From: Paraspadella gotoi
Lineage: Eukaryota; Animalia; Chaetognatha
Direction: 5' to 3'
Assembly (NCBI GenBank): GCA_051294375.1
Contig: JBJCIZ010000033.1
Location: 64,450 to 92,168 of the forward strand
DNA: 27,719 bases
Positions 1-13,100 of the stretch are shown here, one piece after another. The translations under genes and the position numbers were made by a program. The notes under the pieces are model-generated. The model worked only from the letters and a program-made list of their open reading frames with translations. It did no database searches and was not told the origin of the DNA. The stretch's first letter is position 1; each line of letters starts with the position of its first letter.

Positions 1-573
1 TTTTTTTCGTTCGTCGGTCGGTCAGTCGGTCGAAGTAAAGAAAGTGAAAAGTGAAATCAAAGAGAAAATAAAAGGCGATNNNNNNNNNNAACAACGTATA
101 ACGTGAAAACTTCATTCTGCAAATTAGATTTAAATTCAGGAATCAGGACTGACAACAACGACGACAAGAAATAACAGTTCATTCGATGATTCGATATATG
201 ATATTGAATGAGACATTTCGACAAACAAGACTAAAAATTAAGTTGACATTAAAAAGGCAGCATGTCATCACGAATAAAGAAAGTGGTCAAATGTAATTGA
301 TCTGACAGAAAGAGAGAGTCGAGGCATCACATTTTCTTCAATAACAACGACAACAATAACAACGACGACAACAACAAAGACAATAACAAATAACAACAAC
401 GACAACGATGACGAAAACGACAACAACGTTAACGACAACGAGGGTTCGGATGCTCTTCCGTTTCTCCTTAATCTTTCATAAATCTCAGACGCAAAACTGA
501 AGACCAAAGATTTTTTTTTCTTTTTCTCGTGAACTGAGGTTGAAGTTCAACGCGGAAAAAATTCGGATGAAGT

Positions 574-579
<6 letters not shown>

Positions 580-621
<42 letters not shown>
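580..621. repeat. (CT)n microsatellite, representative of many (AG/CT)n tracts (also ~4466-4497, 4616-4670, 4886-4958, 5063-5149, 6801-6994, 8035-8196, 10533-10593, 12073-12221)
   Basis: Pure dinucleotide runs read directly. They produce the spurious poly-ER and poly-SL ORFs. Confidence 0.97.
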
Positions 622-624
<3 letters not shown>

Positions 625-703
625 ATTTTCTCCCCATTTTGATTCCCTCTTTATTATTCCTTTCCCCATCGTCCCTTTCAACTTTTTCTTTCATTTCTTA
701 TTC

Positions 704-1335
704 TTTTTAGTCGGATCTGCTTATTAGCAGATTCCGACTCTATAATTCACTTTGTCGGTCCGTCGGTCCCACCCCTAAATCTTGTCGGTAAATCATTATT
801 ATCACTTCAGAACATCATATTATGCTAAATTAAGCAAAAAAAATGATGTCCGTCCAGCCGTCCTACTGTCTGTCTGTTTGTCTTTCTGTCTGTCTGTCTG
901 TTTTTCTGTCTGTCTGTCTGTCTCTCTGTCTGTCCGTCCCCCCTTAGCAAAAAACTTTAATTACTCGTGATTGGATGGTTGGATTGGAATGATATTTTGT
1001 GTGTGGGTAGGAAAATGTGTGAAAAGCTGGATATAAAGTTTCAATGGAATCGTGCGAGTGGAAATGAGTTTAAATGGAAAGAACATAAGTCCCAATAACT
1101 TAAATATTTTTATTAATTTTAACCCATAATTACTAGAATTAATCATAATTGGATAGATTGTGTTAAAATTAGTTAAAAGTAAAAAAATTATATATATTAA
1201 AAAAATGATGCATATTGAAAGATTGTTGCAAGCTGAAAGAACGATGCAAGTTGAAAAACTGATGCAAGTTGATTTAGCTGATTACCGCTTAATTATCGTG
1301 TGCAGATCCGACATTGTTTGCTCAAACTTGTTTTT
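704..1335 (+). mobile_element. Non-autonomous Helentron-associated element (HINE/DINE-1-like), copy 1
   Basis: In order: T-run; 5' subTIR GTCGGATCTGC (710-720) folding with GCAGATTCCGAC (727-738); (GTCY)n microsatellite (~848-940); 18-bp TGCAAGTTGA repeats (~1214-1272); 3' subTIR GCAGATCCGAC (1302-1312); small hairpin GTTT-GCTC-AAAC; T-run. A homologous copy is at 18591-20029. Confidence 0.8.
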
Positions 1336-1354
1336 CTCTATCTTTACTTTTTTC

Positions 1355-1530
1355 TATTTCTACCTTCCCTTATTGTATTACTCTCTCTTTTTCCTATTTC
1401 TACCTCCCTTATTGTATCTCTTCTTTTTCCTATTTCTACCTCCCTTATTGTATTCTCTTCTTTCCTATTCTAACCTCCTCTTATTGTTATTCTTCTTCTT
1501 TTCCTATTTCTACCTCGCTTATTGTTTTCT
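1355..1530. repeat. ~32-bp pyrimidine-rich minisatellite (TTCCTATTTCTACCTCCCTTATTGT core)
   Basis: About 5 degenerate copies visible. Confidence 0.85.
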
Positions 1531-1800
1531 TTCACCTTCTTCCTCATAACTCTTTCTCCAGAGCTCATAGAAAACTACTAGTGGCATAACTTGATGCGCA
1601 TGCGCGGCGGGAAATAGACGGAGGCGCCGGATGCCGCTTGACAGGGACGAGGAATGCCTTCAGTGCGAATGTTTAACCCACAGATCATCACCGTGATCAT
1701 TCAGTGAAAACCTAGAAAAGGCAAAACATTTTTCGCTCGTGACTTTCGCGACGCGTATTCATAGTGTACCTCCGTGGGGAAATTCAGCGTTTTGTTTTCT

Positions 1801-2610
1801 TTGCGCAATTCCGTGCTTCCTTGGCGCTCTTCCGTAGCGCATTTCCGTAGCGCACTTCCTTGCGCACTTCCTTGCATCCTTGGAACTCTTCCCCTAGCAC
1901 ACTTCTATTGCGCACCTCCCTGCTTCTTTGGCACTCTTCCATAGCGCATTTTTGTAGCGCTCTTCTATTGCGCACCTCCGTGCTTCTTTGGCACTCTTCC
2001 ATAGCGCATTTCCGTAGCGCACTTCCATTGCGCACTTCCGTGTTTCCTTGGCACTCTTCCATAGCGCATTTCCATAGCGCACGTCCTTACATCCTTAGCA
2101 CTCTTCCGTAGCGCACTTCTATTGCGCTCCTCTGTGCTTCCTTGGCACTCTTCTGTAGCACATTTCTATAGTGCACTTCTATTGCGCACTTCCGTGTTTC
2201 CTTGGCGCTTTTCCGTAGCGCATTCTTCCATAGCGCAACGTTTACATCCTTAGCATCTTCCGTAGCGCACTCTATTGCGCTACCTCCCTTTCTCTTTGGC
2301 ACTCTTCCATAGCGCATTTTGTGTAGCGCTCTTCTTATTTGCGACCTCCGCTGCTTTTCTTTGGCACTCTTCCATAGCGCATTTCCGGTAGCCACTCCAT
2401 TGCGCACTTCCGTGTTTCCTTGGCACTCTTCCATCACCGCATTTCCATAGCGAACGTCCTATAACATTCCTTAGCCACTCTTCCGTAGCGCCATTCTATT
2501 GCCTCCTCGTGCTTTCCTTGGCACTCTTCTGTAGCACATTTCTATGAGTGCAACTTCCTATTGCGCCTTTTCTCAAGTGTTTCTTGGCGCTTTTCCGTAG
2601 CGCATTTCTG
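1801..2610. repeat. GC-rich higher-order satellite: 60-bp unit built from ~13-bp (RTWGCGCACTTCC-like) monomers plus an 8-bp monomer
   Basis: Lines starting at 1921, 1981 and 2041 align column by column. 2101-2224 recurs at ~2478-2607 with many 1-nt indels. Confidence 0.92.
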
Positions 2611-2885
2611 TGAGTGAGAGAGAGAGAGAGAGATAGAGGAATTAGAGAGGAGATAGAGAAGCAGAGGAGCAGAGAGAGAGAGAGAGAGTGAAGATAAGAG
2701 AGAGAGCAACGCCGAGAACGAGAGAGGAATAGAGAGAGCAGAGACAGCAGCAGGGCAGTAGGCCCAGGGCAGACTTATGAAAACAAATGTGAAACCAGAA
2801 TTGTCCTGTCGCAACGAAAAATGATTCTAAAGACGAAATTCGATTTCTCTCTCTCTCTTCATGTTTTCCTTTTGTACGAAATTAG

Positions 2886-3070
2886 ATGCCAAGCAGAAAA
2901 AACACCCGCAAACATTTAGCCATGGCGGACGCGTCATGGCTAAGCATAGCGTGGAACTGAAGGAGGCACAAGAATTGACGATTGGAATTGAAGTGGACTC
3001 TCCGTGTACCAGTACATCCCTTTCGAACATAGTTTTTGCGAAAATTCGTAGCCTTATGTTTGCGGTTTAA
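2886..3070 (+). CDS. Possible terminal coding exon of an unidentified host gene (DAKQKKHPQTFSHGGRVMAK...LMFAV*)
   Basis: Pyrimidine tract and TAG acceptor ending at 2885, then non-repetitive open frame to TAA at 3070. No recognised motif. Confidence 0.25.
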
Positions 3071-3769
3071 ACCATATTTTGACCGTACTATTGCATTTTT
3101 ATTCTTTTAAAAAATAATAGAATCCACTTGAGATTTAAAATTAAAATTCAAAATTTAAATCATTAAATCTTATTAAATTAAAATCTTTCCATGCCAACAA
3201 TCACGCATTCGCCAGGCCAAACCACCAATTAGATGTCAGCGCAAATCCTTGTCTCCATTCACTTCAATCAGTCATCCTCGGGTAAAAATCTTTCTCCTTT
3301 TCACACTCCTCACCTGTAACTCCAATCACTGTAATCAACTAGTGATGCTGACCTTCACTTCACGCTCTTCCCCTCTAACTCCAATCACGATGTCTCGTTC
3401 AACGAATCCCAAATTCTTCAGACGAGATTGAAAGTTGATGCAGAAGCGTAATGGAGAACAACAACGACAATATCAACTCACGCAAGAGACGCAGTCGACC
3501 TCACCACGTCTGACCGACACCCTCCAGTTAGGCGCGTGATTTCCTCCGGGAGATGCCACGTGGGGGAGCAAGCGAAGAGACGAGGATGCAGAGAGAGAGA
3601 CAGAGAAGATGAGATGAGACTCGAGAAGACGGAGAGAGAGACGAGAGAGAGAGAGAGCCATGAGATGAGAGAGAGCAGAATGGCTGGGGATATGGGAGGA
3701 GACGAGGGTATAAGGCAAGCACCCATTTTAGCTTTGTCAGCAAAGAGAGATAGAGAGAAAAAAGACAGA

Positions 3770-4075
3770 AAGAATAAAGAAAAAAGAAAACAGAAGAAAG
3801 AAGAAGAAAGAAAGAAAGGAAAGAAAAGAAAGAAGAGAAGAAAAGAAAGAAAGAAAGAAGAAACAAAAAGAAAGGAAAGAAAGAAAGTAGAGAAAAGAGG
3901 ACAAAAAAAGAAAGAAAAGATAAGATCAAAAGAAAAAAAAAAAAAAAAGAAAGAAGAAAGAAAGATAGAAAGAAAGAAAGAAAAAAAAACAAAGAAAGAA
4001 AGAAAGAAAGAAAAGAAAGAAAGAAAGAAAGAAAGAAAGAAAACAAAAAAGAAAAAAAGAAAAAAAAGGAAATAA
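3770..4075. repeat. (AAAG)n-type purine microsatellite (also ~6028-6285 and 13443-13535)
   Basis: Read directly. Explains the K/E/R-rich and F/L/S-rich ORFs. Confidence 0.95.
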
Positions 4076-4462
4076 TGAGTAGGAGAGGCGATAATATAAA
4101 AAAGGAGAATTAGATTTCATTAAATTTAATTGATAAAAATGAAAATTTCAGTGGACATTGTTTTAATGTGTAGGTTCAAATTTCACTGTTGAGAAAGAAG
4201 AGCATTAACAATAGTAACAGATGTACACATTTAAAATATATATTCCTCGTTTGAAAAATGAATAAAAAATTAATCAAAATACAACATTACCGGCAACATT
4301 TAGTTAAAACAAAAGTAAAAGGCCTTTTTTTTTCTTATTTTTTAATATCCTCTCGTTCCTCTCCTTCTTCCGTTTATTTCTTCTTTTTAATTTATTTTCT
4401 TTTTTTTCTTCTGATTCAAACGCTGAACGCATTTTCGCTCCATTTTTCTCCCGGTTTTTATT

Positions 4463-4501
<39 letters not shown>

Positions 4502-4612
4502 GTGTGTATGAAATGTGGCTGGCCGGTCTCTCATTCATTTTTGCTTTCTTGTTTTAACTTTCATACTTTCCTAGTTTTGGAAAAAGAAAAAGAGAAAGAA
4601 AGAGAGAGCGAT

Positions 4613-4663
<51 letters not shown>

Positions 4664-4887
4664 GAGAGAGAGAAAGAGTAGTGACCTCCAACCATGTTTT
4701 TTGAGGCACAAGACCCGTACTTTTGCCAGTCAGTTTGGGTAAAGAAGGCTTTTGATGTAGAAACGGTTGATTGGGGGTATTCTGGACGTGAACCTCCACC
4801 AGATGATGGATTTACTTAAGGAACCAAATAGTGGCTTGAGAGACGAGGCGACCAAAAATAGCGGAAAAAAACGTGATAAGAAGCGAG

Positions 4888-4964
<77 letters not shown>

Positions 4965-5058
4965 AGAGAGGCGAAGATTTGATTTTGGCTTTTGATTGAA
5001 GCCGAGATTCTTAGTGGCACTGGAGGATCAGAAAGAAACAGAATCCGCGGATCAGTGA

Positions 5059-5149
<91 letters not shown>

Positions 5150-5411
5150 CAATTTACTTTATATTTTACACATAGAGTCCCAACTACATCAGATATTGAT
5201 TTCTTAAGCTCCGAGTGATGGCACTTAACCAGAGTGGCTGATACAGTGTGAATTAAGAAAAAAAAATTTTTACAGCATCTTAAAATAGCTTTTATTAATT
5301 AAGGTTAAAAATAGGTCTTGTTAAACTGCTGTAGTTAAATGGCCATAAAATAATAAAGATAATATGGCGTAGTAAATATTTCTATATGGAGTTCTTCATT
5401 TTCTTTGCAAT

Positions 5412-5671
5412 CCCATGGCAGATTCGAACACCTGGCCAATTTGAAACCCTGGCCGATTTGAACCTCTGGCAAATTTTAACCCCAGGCCGATTTGAATCAT
5501 TGGCCAATTTTAACTACCGGTTAATTTGAATCCCTTGGCAGATTTGAACCCCTGGCCGATTTAAACCTCTAGCCTATTTTAACCCCTGGCCGATTTGAAC
5601 CACTGGCTGATATGAACCCCTGGAAGATTTGAATCCCTTGGCAGATTTGAATCACTGGCCGATTTGAACCC
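5412..5671. repeat. 20-21-bp minisatellite (CCCCTGGCCGATTTGAA core), ~12-13 copies
   Basis: Recurring TGGC(C/A)(G/A)ATTT(G/T)AA at 20-21 bp spacing. Confidence 0.92.
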
Positions 5672-6027
5672 GAAAGAAGAATTCGGTCGGGAGGGAGGAA
5701 ACCTTTTCATCGACACCAAAAAGAAAAGAAAAGGAGGAAGAAAAGAAAAATTGAAAAAAAAGAAAAGAAAAGAAGTGAAAGAAAAGTTTTGTTTTCTGAG
5801 AAAAAGAGATTTAAAGAGTCAGAGCGTTAGGGAAGTCGGAGGTTGAAGTCGGAGAATGGGGAAAGAGTGAGGTCGGAGTTCGATGTGCGAAACTGGGGAA
5901 GGCAAGGTTGAGATTTCAGAATGTGTAACAATAAGTTAGAGTTTGAGGTTGGAGAACAGGGAAAGGGAGAGGTCGGGGTCGGGGTCGGATAATGGAGAAA
6001 AACCGTGAGGTCGGAGAATGAAAGGAT

Positions 6028-6079
<52 letters not shown>

Positions 6080-6112
6080 AAGAAAGAAAGAAAGAAAGAA
6101 AAAAAGAAAGAT

Positions 6113-6167
<55 letters not shown>

Positions 6168-6354
6168 AAAGAAATTTAAAAAGACAAACTTTGTTTTCGT
6201 AAAAAGAAAAAAAGAAAGAAGAAAAAAAATAAAGAAAAAAAGAAAGAAAGAAAGAAAGAAAGAAAGAATGAAAGAAAGAAAGAACGAATGAAAATTACAT
6301 TTATTTCTGGTTCTAAGCTTTTCCTGTTTCTTTCTTGCCTGATTACATTTACTC

Positions 6355-6720
6355 TCGTTCACATCCGTTTCACATCCGCCTCAGTTAACATTAGGTTCAC
6401 TTCTGCCTCGAATTACATATGGTTCGCATCTTCTTTAGCTCACATCCGGTTCACAACTTGTTCAGCTCAAATTAGGTTCGCATCTTTCTCAGAACACAAA
6501 TGGTTCACATCTTCATTAGATCACATCCTTTTTACCTTCTCTCCAGTTCACTTAATGTTCACATCTGCTTCGGATAACAATAATTTCACATTTGCTTCAG
6601 TTCACTTATGTTCACACCAGCCTCAGGTCGCATCCGTTTCATTTCCGCAGATGAGATCCAGTTCACATTTGCTTTAGTTCGCATCCGGTTCAAATCCGCC
6701 TCAGTTCACTTCCGGTTGAG
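6355..6720. repeat. 30-bp degenerate minisatellite (CACATCCGGTTCACATCCGCCTCAGTT-like)
   Basis: GTTCAC/GTTCGC recurs with ~30-bp period. The ORF at 6288-6677 shows the matching 10-aa periodicity. Confidence 0.85.
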
Positions 6721-6829
6721 TCGCTGATTTTATCGGCTTCACTTAAGCGTCGCCTCTTTGACAGAGAAGGCGGAATTCACAATAGGGACAAATCACTAGA
6801 TGAGAGAGAAAGAGAGAGAGAGAGGGAGA

Positions 6830-6945
<116 letters not shown>

Positions 6946-7373
6946 AGAGAGAGAGGACGAGAGAGAAGAGAAGAACAGAGAGAGAGAGAGAGAGAAATCA
7001 ACAATCCCGGGCTTGTAAATATTTTTAAATACATCTGCTTTTTTCGAATTCTTTTTTTCATAAGGTTTAAATTGCGTTCTAGGCTAATTCCTATTATAAC
7101 ACCTAAGCTAATGGGGTTTTACCATTTCATTATCAAAATAGATAAAAGAACAATGAAAACAAAATTTTATAAGTTATTATTCTTCGTTAATTATATTTTT
7201 TCTGTTCTGAGGAATTTATTTCTCATAAAATTCATTTCATTTATTTCATTAAATATATTTCATTATATATTATTTATTTTATTCATTATTTATCTATTTC
7301 GTATTTATTTCTCATAAAAGGGTCAGTTGAGGTCAACAAACAAAAACTAAAGAAGACTGATCCGATGACGCCA

Positions 7374-7414
<41 letters not shown>

Positions 7415-7554
7415 TGAGACATGCAAATAAAATTCTTGCTAGAAAATCTAATTTGCATCCGTGATTCAACGCAAGATTCATTTCGTGTTATCGGGTCTTA
7501 AGACGAAGAAAGGGAAGGAGGCGAGGAAGGAAGGATGCAAAAAGGGTAGGAATT

Positions 7555-7720
7555 ATGGAAGGTAGGAAAAAAGAGGCATTTGAAAAGTAAGATAGATGGA
7601 AGGTAGGAAAAAAGAGGCATTAGAAAAGTAAGATAGATGGAAGGTAGGAAAAAAGAGGAATTAGAAATGTAAGATAGATGGAAGGTAGGAAAATAGTAGA
7701 AAAGATGGAACTATGGAAGG
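7555..7720. repeat. 41-bp tandem repeat (TAGAAAAGTAAGATAGATGGAAGGTAGGAAAAAAGAGGCAT), ~3.5 copies
   Basis: Near-identical units at 7580-7620, 7621-7661 and 7662-7693. Confidence 0.9.
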
Positions 7721-8036
7721 TATGAAGATAATAAAAAAGTAAAAAGTAAGAAAGATACGCGCTAAGATAGAAGATAATAAAATAAAAACGGAGAAATGGA
7801 AAGACAATGAAATAAAGAAGAGACAAGTGAATGAACGACGGAGGAAGAAAAAAAATGACGTCGTTGATTCGAGTAAGAAAAAGAAAAAAAGAAAAAAAAA
7901 GAAAGAAAAAGAAGAGAAAAAGAAAAGAAAGACAAAGATTCAATCTTTCTCTGATTAGTTTTTCATATTCTCCCACAAGACTTGGTTGTTTTGGCTGCAT
8001 GTAAATTGTATGTCTCTCGCGCAGACAGAGACTCAC

Positions 8037-8199
<163 letters not shown>

Positions 8200-8431
8200 T
8201 CACTCACGCTCAGTCTCTCTCATCCATTTTTTTTCACCCACTTTTTATATTTGTTTCCCTTTTCTTTCTTAGCCTCATCAGCGCCACTCTGTTCAGAAGC
8301 GGGAGAAGAGAGAGAAAAACGAAAAGGAGCGAGACAAACAAAGGAACAGCCCGAGAGGGAGAAAAAAGTAAATGAAGGACATTAGAAAGACAATGGAGAG
8401 ATAAAACTAGCGGCAGCTAAATCAACAAACG

Positions 8432-8622
8432 NNNNNNNNNNNNNNNNNNNNNNNNNNNNNNNNNNNNNNNNNNNNNNNNNNNNNNNNNNNNNNNNNNNNN
8501 NNNNNNNNNNNNNNNNNNNNNNNNNNNNNNNNNNNNNNNNNNNNNNNNNNNNNNNNNNNNNNNNNNNNNNNNNNNNNNNNNNNNNNNNNNNNNNNNNNNN
8601 NNNNNNNNNNNNNNNNNNNNNN
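8432..8622. other. Assembly gap (other N-runs at 80-89, 10035-10139, 11465-11562, 12722-12761)
   Basis: Runs of n. Confidence 0.99.
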
Positions 8623-8729
8623 AGTCAATTTATCACATTATAATGAAACATCGAGAGAGAGATAACAACGAAATAAAGAAGAGATGGAGACAAACGATTC
8701 CTTTTAATTCATTTCATTTAAATTTGTGT

Positions 8730-9265
8730 TGGTGCCATTTATTTTGTTCTGCCATTTCTCTTTTCAATCCTTCCATTTTGTTTCTCCTTTTTGCCGTGTC
8801 TTTCTTTTAGCCATTTCCTGTTTTCTTTACTCCTATTCTTTCTTTTTGCCATTTCTCATTTCTTTTTGTCCGTTTCTTTCTTTTTGCCATTTCTCTCTTT
8901 TTTTTTTCGTTTCTTTCTTTTTGCCATTTCTATTTTCTTTTATACAATTTTTTATTTGCCCTATGTATTTTTCTTTTCTCCGTTTCTTTTTTTTTTTTTT
9001 TTTTGCCATTTCTCTTTTCCTTTTCTCCTTTTTTTAATTTTTGCCATTTCTCTTTTCTTTTTTGCCAGGTCTTTCTTTTAAATATTTCCTGTTTTCTTTA
9101 CTCCTATTCTTTCTTTTTGCCATTTCTCTTTTTCTTTTTGCTATTTCTTTTATTTGCCCTTTCTCTTTTTCTTTTCTCCGTTTCTTTACATTTGTATTTT
9201 TGTCATTTGTCTTTTCTTTTTTGCCATTTCTTTTTTCCTTTTTCCGTTTATTTTTTTTCGCGATT
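8730..9265. repeat. T-rich low-complexity array punctuated by TTGCCATTTC, with internal duplication (~8785-8860 and ~9057-9130)
   Basis: ATTTCCTGTTTTCTTTACTCCTATTCTTTCTTTTTGCCATTTCTC occurs twice. Confidence 0.85.
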
Positions 9266-9669
9266 TTTTTTTTCATTAAAAATTTTGTAAAACATTAAGG
9301 TTGGTTATTAAGATTAAAATTAAGTTCTGGGATTAACAAACAAAAATGGATCTCTTTAGTCAACCACAACAACAACAACAACAAAAACGACGGTGATCGT
9401 CGTCGTCATCTTCGTCGTCGACGTCGTCGTCATCTTCGTCGTCGTCGTCGTCTTCTTCGCCTCAAGTTACGGACTCGAACAGTAACGTCATTTTATAAAA
9501 AACTCGAAAACAAAAGAAGAAAACGATTAAAAAGAAAAAAAAAAGGAGATAGAAAAAGAAATAAACATGAGAATTTATAAAGGATAAACTCGGGGCCTGA
9601 AGGCTTCTTACTCCAATATGCAAATGAGATTATGTCGCGCTCGGGTGCGACCGGAGACTCGCACCTGCG

Positions 9670-10010
9670 TCGCCTGACGAGAGACGATGACTGGCGAAAG
9701 ACAACGCCTGCAGAGAGATGACGCGAGAGAGATGATGGCTAGAAACGACGCCTGGCAAGAGGCAAAACTTAGCAAAGACGGTGCAGGGCCAGAGACAATA
9801 TTCCGCGAGAGTAATACCTGGTAAAACCCAACGCCTGTCCAGAGACAAGGTCTGGCAAAGATGGTGGCATGGCAAAATACATGGCTTTGCGAAAGACAAG
9901 GCCTGTCAGAAACACTTCTTTGCAAGATTGATGCCTGGTAAAAGACAATGCCTGTCAAGATACATTTCATTGCGAGAGCTACGCCTGGTAAAAGACAATG
10001 CCTGGCAAAG
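9670..10010. repeat. Degenerate ~18-bp minisatellite (GCCTGGTAAAAGACAAT / GCCTGTCAAGA)
   Basis: GCCTGGTAAAAGACAATGCCTG occurs at ~9933 and ~9983, with related units back to ~9670. Confidence 0.75.
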
Positions 10011-10524
10011 GAAGACGGGAGAAACTCATTAGTTNNNNNNNNNNNNNNNNNNNNNNNNNNNNNNNNNNNNNNNNNNNNNNNNNNNNNNNNNNNNNNNNNN
10101 NNNNNNNNNNNNNNNNNNNNNNNNNNNNNNNNNNNNNNNGGGTGAAGGAAAGGAAAAGGGGAGGAAGAGAAAAGAAAAAGAAAAGGAGGAAAGAGAATTT
10201 AGTGAAATCAATTAGGAGTAGGAGAATGGAGAGAAGTCATCATTTTAATCGTAATGAGCAGAAGAAAGAATAATTATTTCGTAAATCGAGTTGGATTTAT
10301 TATTTTTTCAAGCTTGATTATTTAATTTTATGAGTTAATGAGTCTTAAATTTACCCCGTAATTAATATATTTTACCCGTTTAACCTGGTGGCTCATTGCT
10401 TGAATGTCACATCGTTCGGTATCAATTGAGGCCAACAAAAAATAAAGTACGGGCAGATAGAAAATCTATGAGGTAAGCGTTTAAGGAAAGCCGCACCAAA
10501 TTTTAAAACAAACGGGAAGGTGAG

Positions 10525-10597
<73 letters not shown>

Positions 10598-10684
10598 GAA
10601 GCCTTTTCCTTTTACGACCGTCATCTTTTTTGTTTTATCTTATTTTTAGGTTTTATTTCTTTTTTGTCGTCAAACGATGAATCT

Positions 10685-10687
<3 letters not shown>

Positions 10688-10731
<44 letters not shown>

Positions 10732-10750
10732 TTCGTCGTCGTCGTCGTCC
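10688..10750. repeat. (TCG/GAC)n microsatellite (also ~7375-7413, 9398-9460, 12311-12440, 13845-13940)
   Basis: Read directly. Source of the poly-S/R/D/T ORFs. Confidence 0.95.
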
Positions 10751-11325
10751 TCCCGGTGATAATAGTTGTTGTTATCGTTGTCATTCTCGTCAACATTTTC
10801 GTTTAGACTTTTTCGTCGTTTTTAACGTCGTCGTTTTCTTTCTTTTGAATGATAGTAAATCAATTAATTTATAAATAAATAATTTCATTATTTAATTAAC
10901 GATGCATTAGTTTAGTCCTATATTAACCAGGTGCATTAATAAAAAGACCAGATCCATTAGGCATTCTCGAATTTTTAAGCTGCGAAATTATAAATATAAA
11001 TAGTTTAAAAGGCGCGACCTTGAAAAACCGGGAAATAAAGTAAGACTCGTTTCATCCGGGTGTTTCTTTTCATCCGGGGAAGAAAGAGAAAGAAAAAGAG
11101 GAAGAGGAGGCGGGAGTGAAGTATTTCACCCAATTAGCTCAAATTTGAAACCTCGAAAGTCCCGGAAACCTTAACCGATCGGGAAATTATGATTCGAAAA
11201 AGTGGGAAAATTTTCGTGTCGAAAATTTTAAAATTGAATTAAGTTCCAGTTTCATGAAAGGATTCGAAATTTTTAAAATCAAGACGGGTTGGTTTTACTT
11301 TGTTTATTTAAAAACATGAAAAAGT

Positions 11326-11361
<36 letters not shown>

Positions 11362-11562
11362 CGTTTTTGTTTTGAGTTTTTTACCAGCAGGAATTCCACA
11401 GCCGTCGGTTGACGGATACGAGCTCATTTAGGCGACAGCTCCTGGCCATTACCTTGCACGGGGGNNNNNNNNNNNNNNNNNNNNNNNNNNNNNNNNNNNN
11501 NNNNNNNNNNNNNNNNNNNNNNNNNNNNNNNNNNNNNNNNNNNNNNNNNNNNNNNNNNNNNN

Positions 11563-11597
<35 letters not shown>

Positions 11598-12070
11598 CCT
11601 ACGAATATCAAACCTGAAAAAGTAAACGAAAATTACAGAAAAAATATAAATGAAAAAATTAAAAGGAAGAAAACTGAATTTCAGTTTTTATATTCAGGTT
11701 ATATATTCTCTATATTTAGCGTTTCTCTGGCGTACTTCATTTAAAAAAATCAATGCTCCCTAACGGATAGCCCCCATTTCTATGAAATGAACATCATGTA
11801 TATCACACTTTGCATCTTTTAATTAACTTTTATTTCCTTTTAAAGTTTTTCTAAAACAAGATATACAGGGTGATTTTTAAGGCTGAAATAAAGTTTATTT
11901 GGTACAACCTATTATGTTTAAAGAATACATCATTGTATTTGTTTATAATTTAAGATCATATTCATTAATTAATTTTCTTTAAATTAAGAAAAGTCAATCG
12001 ACTTGAATCTTAATCCATTAGTTTCGCAGAATCTTTTTACTCATCGGTCGCTTTAACTGTCAACTCAATT

Positions 12071-12227
<157 letters not shown>

Positions 12228-12346
12228 ACCTCTTTTTGCCTCGCCTTCCTTCTCTTTCAACGATTCTGCTCGTAATTTATTTAAAGCTAAACTTCTCGAT
12301 GTCTCCTCTTTCGTCGTCATCGTCATCGTCGTCGTCATCATCGTCA

Positions 12347-12380
<34 letters not shown>

Positions 12381-13100
12381 TATTGTCGTCGTCATTGTCT
12401 TCGTCGTCGTCGTCATCATTATCGTCGTTGCCGTTGTCGTCCGCAAGCGGTGTGAAAAGTAAAATTTCTACTAAAATTAGAAATTTTCCTTTTTTTTTAA
12501 GTTGTAACCTATTTCTCAAATCGAAGTATCATTTAACGAAATAATTAATTTCAATTGTTGTTGTTGTTGTTGTTGTCCTTTGTTGTTCGTTGAACTCATT
12601 AACGCGTTTTTTTTTCTCACCTACGACAGATTGTAAATTAAAATTATTTCTCGTTCCAGATAAGTTTTTTAATTTTTTTTTTTCAAATTAATTTTTTTTT
12701 ATTTCTAATGCGATAAACAATNNNNNNNNNNNNNNNNNNNNNNNNNNNNNNNNNNNNNNNNTGATTCCAGATCGCCGCCAGCATGAGATACGAGAGAGAC
12801 GTAATGAGAAGAGAGTTGACGAGAGTATGAAAGAATATTGGGAGTTAAGAGAGTAGAGAGAGGAGAAATAGAGAAGGCATGAGAAGAGTGAGAGAGGAGA
12901 GAGTAGATCGAGGATGAGAAGATTAGAGAGATGCAGATGAAGAGAGAGAGATACGATAGATAGATAGATAGATAGATAGAGAAAGAGAGAGAGAAAGAGA
13001 GTGATTATCACAACGTGCTTAAAAAAACAAAAAAACTATACACAAATGTTCACATATAAATGGCTTGGCCTCAATTCCTCTTTTCCCCTCTGCCCTACAG

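Noticed and set aside
1784-2437. Repetitive ORFs (MEECQ.../KSAKEA...)
   Set aside because: Open in several frames on both strands because of the 60-bp satellite.
3200-3450. Minus-strand peptide-like stretch (FQSRLKNLGFVERDIVIGVRGEE...)
   Set aside because: Early stops, no clear splice sites and no recognised motif.
5412-5671. CRISPR-like array
   Set aside because: Head-to-tail units without unique spacers, no cas genes, eukaryotic context.
8250-8285. Other CTGANGA...GAAA hammerhead-like words (- strand here; + strand near 9675)
   Set aside because: Stems I and II cannot form.
11390-11464. Exon-like GC patch after a CAGCAG acceptor
   Set aside because: Truncated by a gap; frame and strand cannot be determined.
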